Shown here in pieces: positions 1 to 9,141 of a stretch of DNA of 64,000 bases (position 1 is its first letter; each line of letters begins with the position of its first letter). This DNA is from Rubrivivax sp. (GTDB lineage Bacteria; Pseudomonadota; Gammaproteobacteria; Burkholderiales; Burkholderiaceae_C). The notes beneath the pieces were generated by a model. It saw only the letters and a program-made list of their open reading frames with translations. It did no database searches and was not told where the DNA came from. A program made the position numbers and the translations under genes. The stretch covers positions 271 to 64,270 of the forward strand of contig JAEUPH010000122.1 of assembly GCA_016790395.1 (NCBI GenBank). The letters are read 5' to 3'.

Positions 1-300
1 AACGTCATCAACACCCAGGCCCAGTACCCCGAGACGGTGGTGGCCAGCGCCCTGTGGCACATGGAGCCCACCATCGCCGCCGCGCTGGCCGCGGTGAAGG
101 CGGGCAAGTTCAAGGCCGAGGACTACGGCATCTACTCGACGATGAAGCACAAGGGCGGCGAGCTGGCGCCGCTGGGCACCTTCGAGGCCAAGGTGCCCAA
201 GGCCATCGTCGACAAGGTGAAGGCGCGCGAGAAGGAGATCCTCGCCGGCACCTTCACGGTGAAGGTGGACGACGGCCAGCCCAAGGCCGGCGCCAGGTAG
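1..300 (+). CDS. BMP family ABC transporter substrate-binding protein (3' part, truncated by window start)
   Basis: Frame open from base 1 (NVINTQAQYPETVVASALWHMEPT...ILAGTFTVKVDDGQPK), resembling a BMP/PnrA C-terminus. Matching ATPase and permeases lie downstream. Confidence 0.8.
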   Translation, partial: NVINTQAQYPETVVASALWHMEPTIAAALAAVKAGKFKAEDYGIYSTMKHKGGELAPLGTFEAKVPKAIVDKVKAREKEILAGTFTVKVDDGQPKAGAR

Positions 301-301
301 T

Positions 302-1180
302 TCAACCCAGCAGGGCCGCCAGACCCACGCCCACCAGTGCGAAGGCCATCGTCACCGCGTAGAGCAAGGTGACGAGCGCCCCGCGCGCCAGCCGGGGCAG
401 CAGGCGGCCGCCGTAGACGCGCTTCATGGCCATGAAGGTGTAGATGGGCACGGCCACGAAGGTGCAGCCGGACAGCCAGCCGATGTCGGGCAGCGTGAGT
501 GCCAGCGCCAGGAACCAGAAGGCGTGCAGGTGCAGCGCGAACACGAGGTGCTCGGTGTAGCGCAGCCGCCGGTTCCAGTAGACCAGCTTCATCCACAGCG
601 CGAAGGTGGGCAGCAGCAGGAACATGCCGGGGCCCAGGTTGGCGATGAAGCGGTCCTTCAACGCGTCGGCGCTCTCCTGCAGCCGCCCGTCGTCGACGGC
701 GATGCGGGCTTGCAGCCGTCGGCACATCCAGGCCGGAAGTTCGCTGCAGTAGAAGACGCCGTCCTTCATGCCGGCGCGCCCACCGAAGAGCTGCAGGTTG
801 AGGTTCTTCACGCTCGGCGCCGCGCCGGGCGCGTCGGCGTCGCCCTTCAGGCTCACGTTGACGCCGCTGCCTACCAGGCGCAGCGCCAGCAGCACCACCA
901 CGCTGATCGTCAGGTACAGGCGCAGCGGCAGCACGTAGTGCTTGCGGCGGCCGTCCAGGTACTGCCGCGTCAGCTCGCCGGGCTTGAGCAGCAGCAGCTT
1001 CAGGGTGCGCCACAGTGCGCCCTCGGTGCTGAAGTAGGCGCCGCCGAACTGCTGCAGGAACTCGCCCAGCGTGGGCGCGCGCACGCGCGTCTCCTGCCCG
1101 CATTCGGGGCAGAAGGCCGGCGGCCGCGGCTGGTCGGCCAGCGTGGCGCCGCAGTTGCGGCAGGGCGGCAAGGGGCTCAC
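302..1180 (-). CDS. DUF3667-like membrane protein (paralogue 2)
   Basis: N-terminal CRNCG...FCPECGQ zinc ribbon, LWRTLKLLLLKPGELTRQYLDGRRKHYVLPLRLYL, YTEHLVFALHLHAF and TM helices. The GTG start overlaps the upstream stop (GTGA). Confidence 0.8.
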   Translation of the reverse strand: MSPLPPCRNCGATLADQPRPPAFCPECGQETRVRAPTLGEFLQQFGGAYFSTEGALWRTLKLLLLKPGELTRQYLDGRRKHYVLPLRLYLTISVVVLLALRLVGSGVNVSLKGDADAPGAAPSVKNLNLQLFGGRAGMKDGVFYCSELPAWMCRRLQARIAVDDGRLQESADALKDRFIANLGPGMFLLLPTFALWMKLVYWNRRLRYTEHLVFALHLHAFWFLALALTLPDIGWLSGCTFVAVPIYTFMAMKRVYGGRLLPRLARGALVTLLYAVTMAFALVGVGLAALLG

Positions 1181-2088
1181 AGCAGCAGCGCCGCCAGCGT
1201 GGTGGCGGCCACCACCAGGATCACCGCCAGCAGATGCGCCACGCCCAGCAGCGCGAAGCGCGGCACCAGCGACCACCAGGCGCCGCCATGCACGCGCTTC
1301 AGCGCCAGCAGCGCGTAGCCCGGCACCACCACCACCAGGGGCAGCAGCACCCACTCGCTCACCGCCAGCGCGCCGGCCATGGCCAGCGCCGCGACGCCGA
1401 ACCAGAAGGCGTGCAGGTGCAGCGCGAACACCAGGTGCTCGGTGTAGTGCAGCCGGCGGCGCCGGAACAGCAGCTTCAGCAGCGCGGCGAAGCCCGGCAG
1501 CAGCGCGAACACGGTGGTGCCGGCGTGGTTGGCCACCCGCTCGCCCACCTTCTGCATCTGCAGCACCACCTGGCGCGTGTCGCCTTCCAGCTTGCGCTGG
1601 ATGCGCGTGCACACCCAGGGCGGCAGGCCCTCGCAGTAGAACTCGCCGTCCTGCAGGCCGGCGCTGCCCAGGCCCAGCTCCAGCTGCAGCGAGCTGAAGC
1701 GCTCGGGCAGCGCGGCCAGCACCTCGGGGTCGTCGAGCTCGGCGGTCTCGATCTTGCCGGCGATGCGCAGCGTCAGCAGCATCACCACGCTGAAGGTCAG
1801 GAACAGGCGCAGCGGCAGCACGTAGTGCTTGCGGCGGCCGGCCAGGTACTGCGACGTCAGCTCGCCCGGCTTGGCGACCAGCAGCTTGAGCGTGCGCCAG
1901 AAGGCGCCTTCGGTGCTGAGGTAGGCGCCGCCGAACTGCTGCAGGAACTCGGCCACGCGGGGCGCCTTGACGTTGGTCTCCTGGCCGCAGGCGGGGCAGA
2001 AGGCGGGGTGCGGCAGGGCCGGGTCGGTGCCGAAGGGGTGGCCGCAGTTCAGGCAGGCGGTGGGCGGGGCAGCGGTCTCGGAAGCCAT
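1177..2088 (-). CDS. DUF3667-like membrane protein (paralogue 1)
   Basis: CLNCG...FCPACGQ, FWRTLKLLVAKPGELTSQYLAGRRKHYVLPLRLF and YTEHLVFALHLHAF. ATG at 2088. Confidence 0.8.
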   Translation of the reverse strand: MASETAAPPTACLNCGHPFGTDPALPHPAFCPACGQETNVKAPRVAEFLQQFGGAYLSTEGAFWRTLKLLVAKPGELTSQYLAGRRKHYVLPLRLFLTFSVVMLLTLRIAGKIETAELDDPEVLAALPERFSSLQLELGLGSAGLQDGEFYCEGLPPWVCTRIQRKLEGDTRQVVLQMQKVGERVANHAGTTVFALLPGFAALLKLLFRRRRLHYTEHLVFALHLHAFWFGVAALAMAGALAVSEWVLLPLVVVVPGYALLALKRVHGGAWWSLVPRFALLGVAHLLAVILVVAATTLAALLL

Positions 2089-2128
2089 CGGCCCGAAGGT
2101 AGCCGAAAATTGGCCACAGAATCGGCGC

Positions 2129-3679
2129 ATGAGCCCGACGCCCCCGCCTTCAGCGCCACCCGAAACGGTGTTGCGGCTCGCGGGCATCACCAAGCGCTTC
2201 GGTGCCCTGGTGGCCAACGACGGCATCCACCTGGACCTGGCGCGCGGCGAGGTGCTGGCGCTGCTGGGCGAGAACGGTGCGGGCAAGAGCACGCTGGTGA
2301 GCATCCTCTTCGGGCACTACGTGGCCGACGCGGGCACGATCGAGGTCTTCGGCCAGCCCTTGCCGCCGGGCGAACCGCGGGCCGCGCTGGCCGCCGGCAT
2401 CGGCATGGTGCACCAGCACTTCACGCTGGCCCACAACCTCAGCGTGCTGGACAACGTGATGCTGGGCACCGAGCCGCTGACGCGCTGGCGCTCGCGCCGC
2501 GCCGAGGCGCGCGAGAAGCTGCTGGCCGAGGCGGCGCGCTTCGGCCTGGCGGTGGACCCGGAAGCCCGCGTGGGCAGCCTCTCGGTGGGCGAGCGTCAGC
2601 GCGTGGAGATCCTCAAGTGCCTGGTGCGCGGCGCGCGCATCCTGATCCTGGACGAGCCCACGGCCGTGCTCACGCCGCAGGAAAGCGCCAGCCTGTTCGC
2701 CACGCTGACGCAGATGGTGGCCGAGGGCCTGTCCATCGTCTTCATCAGCCACAAGCTCGACGAGGTGCTGCGTGTCAGTCACCGCATCGCCGTGCTGCGC
2801 GCGGGCCGCCTGGTGGCCGTGCTGCCGGCCGAAGGCGCCGACAAGCCGCTGCTGGCCGAGGCCATGGTCGGCCGCAGCGTGGCGCCGGCCGTGCGCCGGC
2901 GCTCGCACGAACCCGGCGAGGTGGTGGCCGAGTTGCGGAGCGCCACCGTCGCGGGCCCGGTGCGGCCGCTGCTGGACGGCGTGAACCTGGCCGTGCGGCG
3001 CGGCGAGGTGGTGGCCATCGCCGGCGTGTCGGGCAACGGCCAGGCCGCGCTGGCCGAGGTGATGTTCGGCCAGCGCCGGCTCGACGCCGGGCAATGGCGG
3101 CTGCACGGCCGGGCGCTGCCCCCCAGTCCGCGCGCGGTGGCGCTGGCCGGCGTGGCGCGCGTCCCCGAAGACCGCCACGGCGACGGCGCCGTCGGCGACC
3201 TGAGCCTGGTGGACAACGCCGTGCTGGAACGCCATGCCGACGCCGGCTTTGCCCGCTTCGGCCTGCGCCGCGCCGGTGCCGCGCTGGCCTTCGCGCAGCG
3301 CCTGGTGGCGGCATTCGACGTGCGCGGCGGCGGCCTCGCGCAGCCGGTGCGGCGCCTGTCGGGCGGCAACCTGCAGAAGCTGCTGCTGGGTCGCGTGCTG
3401 CTGGAGGCGCAGCCGCCGCTCATCGTCGTGCATCAGCCCACCTGGGGCCTGGACGTGGGCGCCGTGGCCGACATCCACCAGCGCCTGCTGGACGCCGCCG
3501 CCGCGGGCAGCGCCGTCATCGTGCTCAGCGAGGACCTGGACGAGGTCTTCGCCATCGCCGACCGCATCGCCGTCATGCACCAGGGCCGGCTGGGCCCGGC
3601 ACGGCCCGCGCGCGACTGGACGCTGGCCAGCATCGGCCTGGCCATGGCCGGCGCGGAGGAGACCCATGCTGCGGCTTGA
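2129..3679 (+). CDS. CUT2-type (nucleoside/sugar) ABC transporter ATP-binding protein, two ABC domains
   Basis: Walker A GENGAGKS, LSVGERQRVEI, ILDEPT and a second signature LSGGNLQK. Confidence 0.93.
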   Translation: MSPTPPPSAPPETVLRLAGITKRFGALVANDGIHLDLARGEVLALLGENGAGKSTLVSILFGHYVADAGTIEVFGQPLPPGEPRAALAAGIGMVHQHFTLAHNLSVLDNVMLGTEPLTRWRSRRAEAREKLLAEAARFGLAVDPEARVGSLSVGERQRVEILKCLVRGARILILDEPTAVLTPQESASLFATLTQMVAEGLSIVFISHKLDEVLRVSHRIAVLRAGRLVAVLPAEGADKPLLAEAMVGRSVAPAVRRRSHEPGEVVAELRSATVAGPVRPLLDGVNLAVRRGEVVAIAGVSGNGQAALAEVMFGQRRLDAGQWRLHGRALPPSPRAVALAGVARVPEDRHGDGAVGDLSLVDNAVLERHADAGFARFGLRRAGAALAFAQRLVAAFDVRGGGLAQPVRRLSGGNLQKLLLGRVLLEAQPPLIVVHQPTWGLDVGAVADIHQRLLDAAAAGSAVIVLSEDLDEVFAIADRIAVMHQGRLGPARPARDWTLASIGLAMAGAEETHAAA

Positions 3680-4730
3680 GGCGCGCGAGAACACGCCGCG
3701 TGCGCTGCTGCTGGGCGCGCCGCTGCTGGCCATCGTCTTCACGCTGGCGGTGAGTTCGGGGCTGGTGGCCTGGGCCGGCGCGCCGGTGGGCGAGGCCTAC
3801 GCGCTGCTGCTGGCCGGCGGCTTCGGCTCGCGTTTCGCATGGACGGAAACGCTCACGCGCGCCACGCCGCTCATCTTCACCGGCCTGGCGGCGGCGCTGG
3901 CCTTCCGGGCGAAGCTCTACAACATCGGCGCCGAGGGCCAGCTCTACCTGGGCGCGCTGGCGGCCGTGGCCGTGGGCGGCCTCCATGGCGGCAGCGGCTT
4001 CGACGCCCCGCCAGCCCTGCTGGCCGTGGCGATGATGGCCACAGCAGCTGCCGCCGGCGCGGCACTGCTGCTCGTGCCGGCCTTCCTGAAGAGCCGCTTC
4101 GCCGTGGACGAGGTGGTGACCACCTTGCTGCTGAACTTCATCGTGCTGCTCTTCGTGGGCGCCATGCTCGACGGCCCGATGAAGGACCCCGGTGCGATGG
4201 GCTGGCCGCAGAGCGTGGCGCTGCAGGACGCCCTGCAGCTGGGCAAGCTGGTGGAACGCAGCCGCGTGCACACCGGCCTGCTGGGCGCGCTGGCGGCGGC
4301 CGCAGTGGTGTGGGCGCTGCTGCGCTTCACGGTGCTGGGCTTCCGCATCCGCGCCGTGGGTTCGGGCGCGCGTGCCGCGGCTTTCGCCGGCATGCCGGTG
4401 GGCGCGGTGTCGCTGCAGGTGGCGTTGCTCTCGGGCGCGCTGGCCGGACTGGCCGGCGCGGTGGAAGTGGCCGGCCGCGCCGGCTACGTGACCCTGGACA
4501 TGAGCCCGGGCTACGGCTACTCGGGCATCGTCATCGCCATGCTGGCCGGGCTGCACCCGCTGGGCGTGGTGGCGGCGGCGGTGTTCGTGGCCGGCATCCT
4601 GGTGGGCGCCGACAGCATGAGCCGCGCCGTGGGCGTGCCCACCTACATCGCCGACGTCATCGTCGCCGTGTCGCTGATCGCCATGCTGGTGGCGACGATG
4701 TTCACGCAGCTCAGGCTGCGCTGGCGATGA
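3666..4730 (+). CDS. ABC transporter permease (nucleoside/purine type)
   Basis: Multi-TM protein with YNIGAEGQ and EVVTTLLLNF motifs. Overlaps the ATPase stop. Confidence 0.9.
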   Translation: MLRLEARENTPRALLLGAPLLAIVFTLAVSSGLVAWAGAPVGEAYALLLAGGFGSRFAWTETLTRATPLIFTGLAAALAFRAKLYNIGAEGQLYLGALAAVAVGGLHGGSGFDAPPALLAVAMMATAAAAGAALLLVPAFLKSRFAVDEVVTTLLLNFIVLLFVGAMLDGPMKDPGAMGWPQSVALQDALQLGKLVERSRVHTGLLGALAAAAVVWALLRFTVLGFRIRAVGSGARAAAFAGMPVGAVSLQVALLSGALAGLAGAVEVAGRAGYVTLDMSPGYGYSGIVIAMLAGLHPLGVVAAAVFVAGILVGADSMSRAVGVPTYIADVIVAVSLIAMLVATMFTQLRLRWR

Positions 4731-5662
4731 GCGAGCTGTTCGACCTGCTCGCCGCCGCGCCCTTCTGGGTGTCGGTGCTGCGCCTGGCCACGCCGCTGAT
4801 CCTGGGCACGCTGGGCGTGCTGCTGTGCGAACGCGCCGGCGTGCTGAACCTGGGCATCGAGGGGATCATGGTCGCCGGCGCCTTCACCGGCTGGCTGGCC
4901 GTGCACGCGGGCATGCCGCTGTGGGGCGGCGTGGCGGTGGCGGCCGGCACCGGCGCGCTGCTGGGGCTGCTGCATGGCGTGCTGACGGTGACGCTGGCGC
5001 TGTCGCAGCACGTGGCGGGGCTGGGCCTCACGCTGCTGGCCACCAGCCTGGCGAGCTACGCCTACCGCGTGAGCTTCCCCAAGGTGGAGCGCCCGCCCAC
5101 CATCACCGCCTTCGCGCCCATGGAATGGCTGCCCATCCCGGTGCTGAACGCGCAGACGCCGCTCACGCTGCTGGCACTGGGGCTGGTGCCCGCGGTTGCG
5201 TGGCTGCTGTACCGCACGCCGCTGGGCCTGGCGCTGCGCACGGTGGGCGAGAACCCGGCGGCGGCCGAAGGCCAGGGCCTCAGCGTGCCCGGGCTGCGTA
5301 TCGGCGCCGTGGTGGCCGGCTCGGCGCTGATGGGCGTGGCCGGCGCCTTCCTCACGCTGGCGGCTTTCAACGCCTTCTTCTTCAACATGGTCAACGGCCG
5401 CGGCTGGGTCTGCGTGGCGCTGGTGGTGTTTGCCAGCTGGCGGCCGGGCAAGGCGCTGTTCGGCGCGCTGCTGTTCGCCTTCTTCGACGCGCTGCAGCTG
5501 CGCCTGCAGCAGGCCGGCGGCGGGGTGCTGGGGCTGGACCTGCCCTATCAGGTGTACCTGATGCTGCCCTATGCCATGGCCATCGTGGCCCTGGTGCTGA
5601 TGGCGCGCCGCGCCGAGGTGCCGCAGGCCCTGATGAAGCCTTGGCGGCCCGGCGAGCGATGA
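4727..5662 (+). CDS. ABC transporter permease
   Basis: ERAGVLNLGIEG and NMVNGRGWVCVALV motifs. ATGA coupling. Confidence 0.9.
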   Translation: MSELFDLLAAAPFWVSVLRLATPLILGTLGVLLCERAGVLNLGIEGIMVAGAFTGWLAVHAGMPLWGGVAVAAGTGALLGLLHGVLTVTLALSQHVAGLGLTLLATSLASYAYRVSFPKVERPPTITAFAPMEWLPIPVLNAQTPLTLLALGLVPAVAWLLYRTPLGLALRTVGENPAAAEGQGLSVPGLRIGAVVAGSALMGVAGAFLTLAAFNAFFFNMVNGRGWVCVALVVFASWRPGKALFGALLFAFFDALQLRLQQAGGGVLGLDLPYQVYLMLPYAMAIVALVLMARRAEVPQALMKPWRPGER

Positions 5663-5709
5663 GTGCCCCAAGGTCCGGGCCGCGCCCGGCCCCGCTGGCT
5701 GGCTGAGGT

Positions 5710-7608
5710 TCAGGCCGTCACGAAGGCCAGCCGGTCGCGCCCGTCGGTCTTGGCGGTGTAGAGCTGCTCGTCGCAGGCGGCGATCAGCGCGTCCAGCGTG
5801 GCCGTCTGGGGCGCCAGCGCCGCGGCACCCATCGAGAAAGTGCTGCCGTGGCGGCCTGCCACGCCGGCCGCCGCGGTGTTGGCGAAGCGCTCGCGCAGGC
5901 GCTCGAACACCGCCGGCATCTCGGCCACGCCGGTGCCGGGCATCACCAGCAGCCACTCTTCGCCGCCCCAGCGTCCGAAGCGGTCCTGCCCTCGCAGCAC
6001 CTCGCGTGCGGCCAGGGCCAGCGCGCGCAGCACGGCGTCGCCGCCGGCGTGGCCCAGCGTGTCGTTGACGCGCTTGAAGTGGTCCAGGTCGATGAGCGCC
6101 AGCGTCAGTGGCAGGCCCAGCTGACGCGCCTGCGCGAACGAGGCTTCGGCGTAGGCGCGGATGGCACGGCGGTTCGGCTGGCCGGTGAGCTCGTCGCGCA
6201 GGGCCAGGTCGGCCAGCTGGCGGCGACGCCGCAGCATGCGCACCACCAGGCCGCCCACCACGGCCAGCAAGACGGCCAGCGTGGCGATGGCGGCCCACAG
6301 CGCGCGCTGCTTGGCGGCCTGCGTCTCCAGCGCCAGCCGCGCCTGTTCGCTGCGGTGGCGCAGCTCGGAGTTCTCGGCGTCGCGCTGCGCTGCCGCGTAG
6401 CGCGCCTGCAGGCGCAGCACCTGCACGTCGGCGGCCATGGCCTGGCCGTCTTCCTGCAGGCGCTCGGCGCGCTCGACCTCGTGGAAGGCCTCGGCATAGC
6501 GCCCCACCGACGCGTAGCCCGCGGCCAGCGCCCGCGCCAGCAGTGCACGTTCGTTGGGCGGCACCGAGGCGCTGTCCCAGCGGCGCGCGAAGTCGATGGC
6601 CTGCACGACCTCGGGCCGCTTCAGTGCCGCGAGCGCCGCCACCGTGTAGCGGCCGACATAGAGCAGCCGGAAGCCGTCGTCGTGCCCTTCCAGCAGGCGG
6701 CGCGCCTCGTTCAGCAGGGGCAGCGCGCGCGCCGGCTCGTTGCGCGTGACGTGAAGCACCGCGGTGGAGATGTTGGCGCCCGCCAGCCCCGGGGCGAAGT
6801 CGATGGCCCGCGCCAGATCGGCCGAGGCCGTGAGGTGCGCCAGCGCCTCCTCCCAGCGCTTGACGTTGCGCAGTGCCACGCCGCGCTCCTTCAGCAGCGT
6901 GGTGCGGAACAGCCGGTAGGGTTGGTCGCCGAGGACGCGCAGGGCCCGCGCGAAGTGCTCGTCGGGGTCGGCCTGCGTGCGCGCCTTGCCGCGCGACGCG
7001 ATGAGGCCCAGCGAGTAGGAGCCGTAGGCCTCCAGCTCCGGCAGGCGCAGCTGGCGGGCGCAGCGTTCCAGCGCCTCGGCGGCGAGCCAGGCCTCGTCCA
7101 GGCTGTCGATGTCGATGAGCAGGGTGAGGTCCACGCTGCGCGCTTCGCACTCCAGCGCGCCGTCGGGCGGCCGCAGCCTGGCCAGGCCGTCCTTGAGGCG
7201 CCCCATGCCGCGTTGCGCCAGCGCCGGTTCGATGTGCGTCCAGGTGGTGTCCAGGCGCACCAGCGCGGCCCACAGGCGGTGCAGGTCGGTGGCCGCGGGC
7301 CATGCGGCCAGCGTGGCCTCGGCGCGGTGCAGCGAGGCGGCGGCGTCGTCGTAGGCGTCGAAGGCGCCGTGCGCGCGCGCCAGCGCCAGCTGGGCCCAGA
7401 AGCGGTCGCCGATGTCGGTGGCCTCGCGCTCGCGGGCGCCGGCGCGGGCGATGGCGTCACGCGGGTCGTCCTGGGCAATGGCCTGCAGCTCGCGCACCCA
7501 TGCCGGCCGCGCGGCTTCGGCCGCCGGCACGGCCAGTGCAAGCAGGAGTGCAGTGCCCAGCGCGACCCAGGTTCGTGTCGCGGGGCGCCAGAGAGCAGCC
7601 AAGCCCAT
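5710..7608 (-). CDS. Diguanylate cyclase: signal peptide, periplasmic TPR-like helical region, TM helix, GGDEF domain
   Basis: RDELTGQPNRR, DLDHFKRVND and RWGGEEW motifs, with a hydrophobic segment before the cyclase domain. Confidence 0.88.
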   Translation of the reverse strand: MGLAALWRPATRTWVALGTALLLALAVPAAEAARPAWVRELQAIAQDDPRDAIARAGAREREATDIGDRFWAQLALARAHGAFDAYDDAAASLHRAEATLAAWPAATDLHRLWAALVRLDTTWTHIEPALAQRGMGRLKDGLARLRPPDGALECEARSVDLTLLIDIDSLDEAWLAAEALERCARQLRLPELEAYGSYSLGLIASRGKARTQADPDEHFARALRVLGDQPYRLFRTTLLKERGVALRNVKRWEEALAHLTASADLARAIDFAPGLAGANISTAVLHVTRNEPARALPLLNEARRLLEGHDDGFRLLYVGRYTVAALAALKRPEVVQAIDFARRWDSASVPPNERALLARALAAGYASVGRYAEAFHEVERAERLQEDGQAMAADVQVLRLQARYAAAQRDAENSELRHRSEQARLALETQAAKQRALWAAIATLAVLLAVVGGLVVRMLRRRRQLADLALRDELTGQPNRRAIRAYAEASFAQARQLGLPLTLALIDLDHFKRVNDTLGHAGGDAVLRALALAAREVLRGQDRFGRWGGEEWLLVMPGTGVAEMPAVFERLRERFANTAAAGVAGRHGSTFSMGAAALAPQTATLDALIAACDEQLYTAKTDGRDRLAFVTA

Positions 7609-7697
7609 AAGTCGCCGATTCTGGCGCCTCCGGACCCTCACCCAAGTGCGGAACTGCCCGCCAAAAGGCGGGCGTTAGCGCGCCGGCGCCCCTCGCC

Positions 7698-8255
7698 TCA
7701 GTGGCACGTGCCGGCGGGCAGCGCCGTCGGCGTGGCGCGCAGCGTGAAGGGCCCGGCCAGCGGACGCCCGGCCGCGTCCAGCAGCTGCACGACCAGCGTG
7801 CTGTCCACCCGCTGTGCCGTCAGGGTGGCCGCCTGCAGCGGGCCGCCGGCGGTCGTGCGGGCCGTGCCGTGGAAGCGCGGTGACTGAGCGCCCTGGGCTG
7901 CCCACACGCCGCTGAACAGCCAGCCGCTGCAGGCGGCGTCCAGTTCGGCGCCGTTGCCTTCCACGCGCAACAGGGCGTCGCGCGCCGTGGTGCCGTCGGC
8001 CCACCAGGACAGCGTGCTGCCGGCGGCGCCGGCCGCCGCCGTGCAGCCCAGCAGGGGCCCCAGGTCGCTGTTGCACAGCGCGAGCGGCGCCAGCGTGGCA
8101 CCCGGGACGCCGTCGACGTCGTCGGCGCCGGTGCCCGTGCCGCCCAGGCCGGGCCCGCAGCCGGCCAGCACCGCCAGCAGGCCCAGCCAGACCAGCCGGG
8201 CGCGGGCCGCCCACAGGCGCCGCGCGGCGAGGAAGACGTGCAGGAGGGTGTTCAT
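7698..8255 (-). CDS. Hypothetical lipoprotein with GPGLGGTG motif
   Basis: Lipobox LAGC followed by GPGLGGTGTG. ATGA-coupled to the DUF6502-like gene. Confidence 0.7.
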   Translation of the reverse strand: MNTLLHVFLAARRLWAARARLVWLGLLAVLAGCGPGLGGTGTGADDVDGVPGATLAPLALCNSDLGPLLGCTAAAGAAGSTLSWWADGTTARDALLRVEGNGAELDAACSGWLFSGVWAAQGAQSPRFHGTARTTAGGPLQAATLTAQRVDSTLVVQLLDAAGRPLAGPFTLRATPTALPAGTCH

Positions 8256-9052
8256 TGCGGTTCGGAATAGAAGTACACGCCGAAGCGCACGCGCTGGCGC
8301 GGCGTGCCTTCGGGCAGGGTGGCGTCGGCGTCGAAGTGCTGCTGCGCCTGCGCCAGCACGCTGCGCGCGGCCTGCCGCCAGGCCTTCGTGGAGGCCTGGT
8401 GCAGGCGGTGGGCGGAATCGGCCGAGAGCTGGTCGACGTACAGGGCCTGCTCCAGGAAGTTGCTGCCGCCGTGCAGGTTGGCCACCGCGGCCGCGGCGTG
8501 GTCGTGCAGGTTGGCGGCCAGCAGCTGCGCCATCTCGGGCAGGCCCTGGCGCGGCGCGAAGCCGGCGCGGCTGAGCGTGACGCCGGCGTCGTCGGCCTCG
8601 GCGATGCCCAGGCGGAGCAGTTCCTCCAGCACGGCGCGCGGCCGCACGTCGCGGCTGACGCCGGCCACCAGGGCGTCGAAGGAGGGTGCGGCCCCGCCGC
8701 GCGGCAAGGGCAGCGGCCGGCCGGCGTCGTCCTGGTAGCCCTCGGCATTGATCCAGCGCGCGACCACCTGAGCCGCCATGCCCAAGGGGCCCGGGGGCGG
8801 CTCGGCCTCGGGGGCGGCGCGCGTGAGGTTGCGCACGTCGCGCCGGTGCACGCCGCACAGCAGCGTCACGGCGCTGTCGGTCTGCGCCATGCCGCGCTCG
8901 GCCAGCTCGGCCCGCGCGGCGTCCAGGAACACGCGCTTGAGGGCGGCCGCCAGCACCGGGTAGGTGACGCCGCTGCGCACCAGCAGGCGCACCAGCGGCC
9001 GCAGGACGTGCAGCACGCGGTCGAGCATGAGCGTGGGCTGGGGCGTGTTCAC
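8252..9052 (-). CDS. DUF6502-like protein (putative HTH-containing regulator)
   Basis: LRPLVRLLVRSGVTY, TDSAVTLLCGVHRRDV, SFDALVAGVSRDVRPRAVLEEL, NLHDHAAAA and RVRFGVYFY. Start uncertain (9028, 9052 or 9067). Confidence 0.8.
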   Translation of the reverse strand: MNTPQPTLMLDRVLHVLRPLVRLLVRSGVTYPVLAAALKRVFLDAARAELAERGMAQTDSAVTLLCGVHRRDVRNLTRAAPEAEPPPGPLGMAAQVVARWINAEGYQDDAGRPLPLPRGGAAPSFDALVAGVSRDVRPRAVLEELLRLGIAEADDAGVTLSRAGFAPRQGLPEMAQLLAANLHDHAAAAVANLHGGSNFLEQALYVDQLSADSAHRLHQASTKAWRQAARSVLAQAQQHFDADATLPEGTPRQRVRFGVYFYSEPQ

Positions 9053-9078
9053 CGGACGTGTTGACAAGGGCTCTGGGT

Positions 9079-9099
9079 GTGTGGGACATTATCCCACAC
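9079..9099. promoter_or_regulatory. Perfect palindrome GTGTGGGA-N5-TCCCACAC, candidate operator between divergent genes
   Basis: Read directly from the sequence. TTGACA lies at 9061-9066 (+) and GATAAT at 9093-9088 (-), inside the palindrome. Confidence 0.65.
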
Positions 9100-9141
9100 T
9101 GTCATCCGCAAGGGAAGTCCGACATGAAAGGGGAACCGAAG

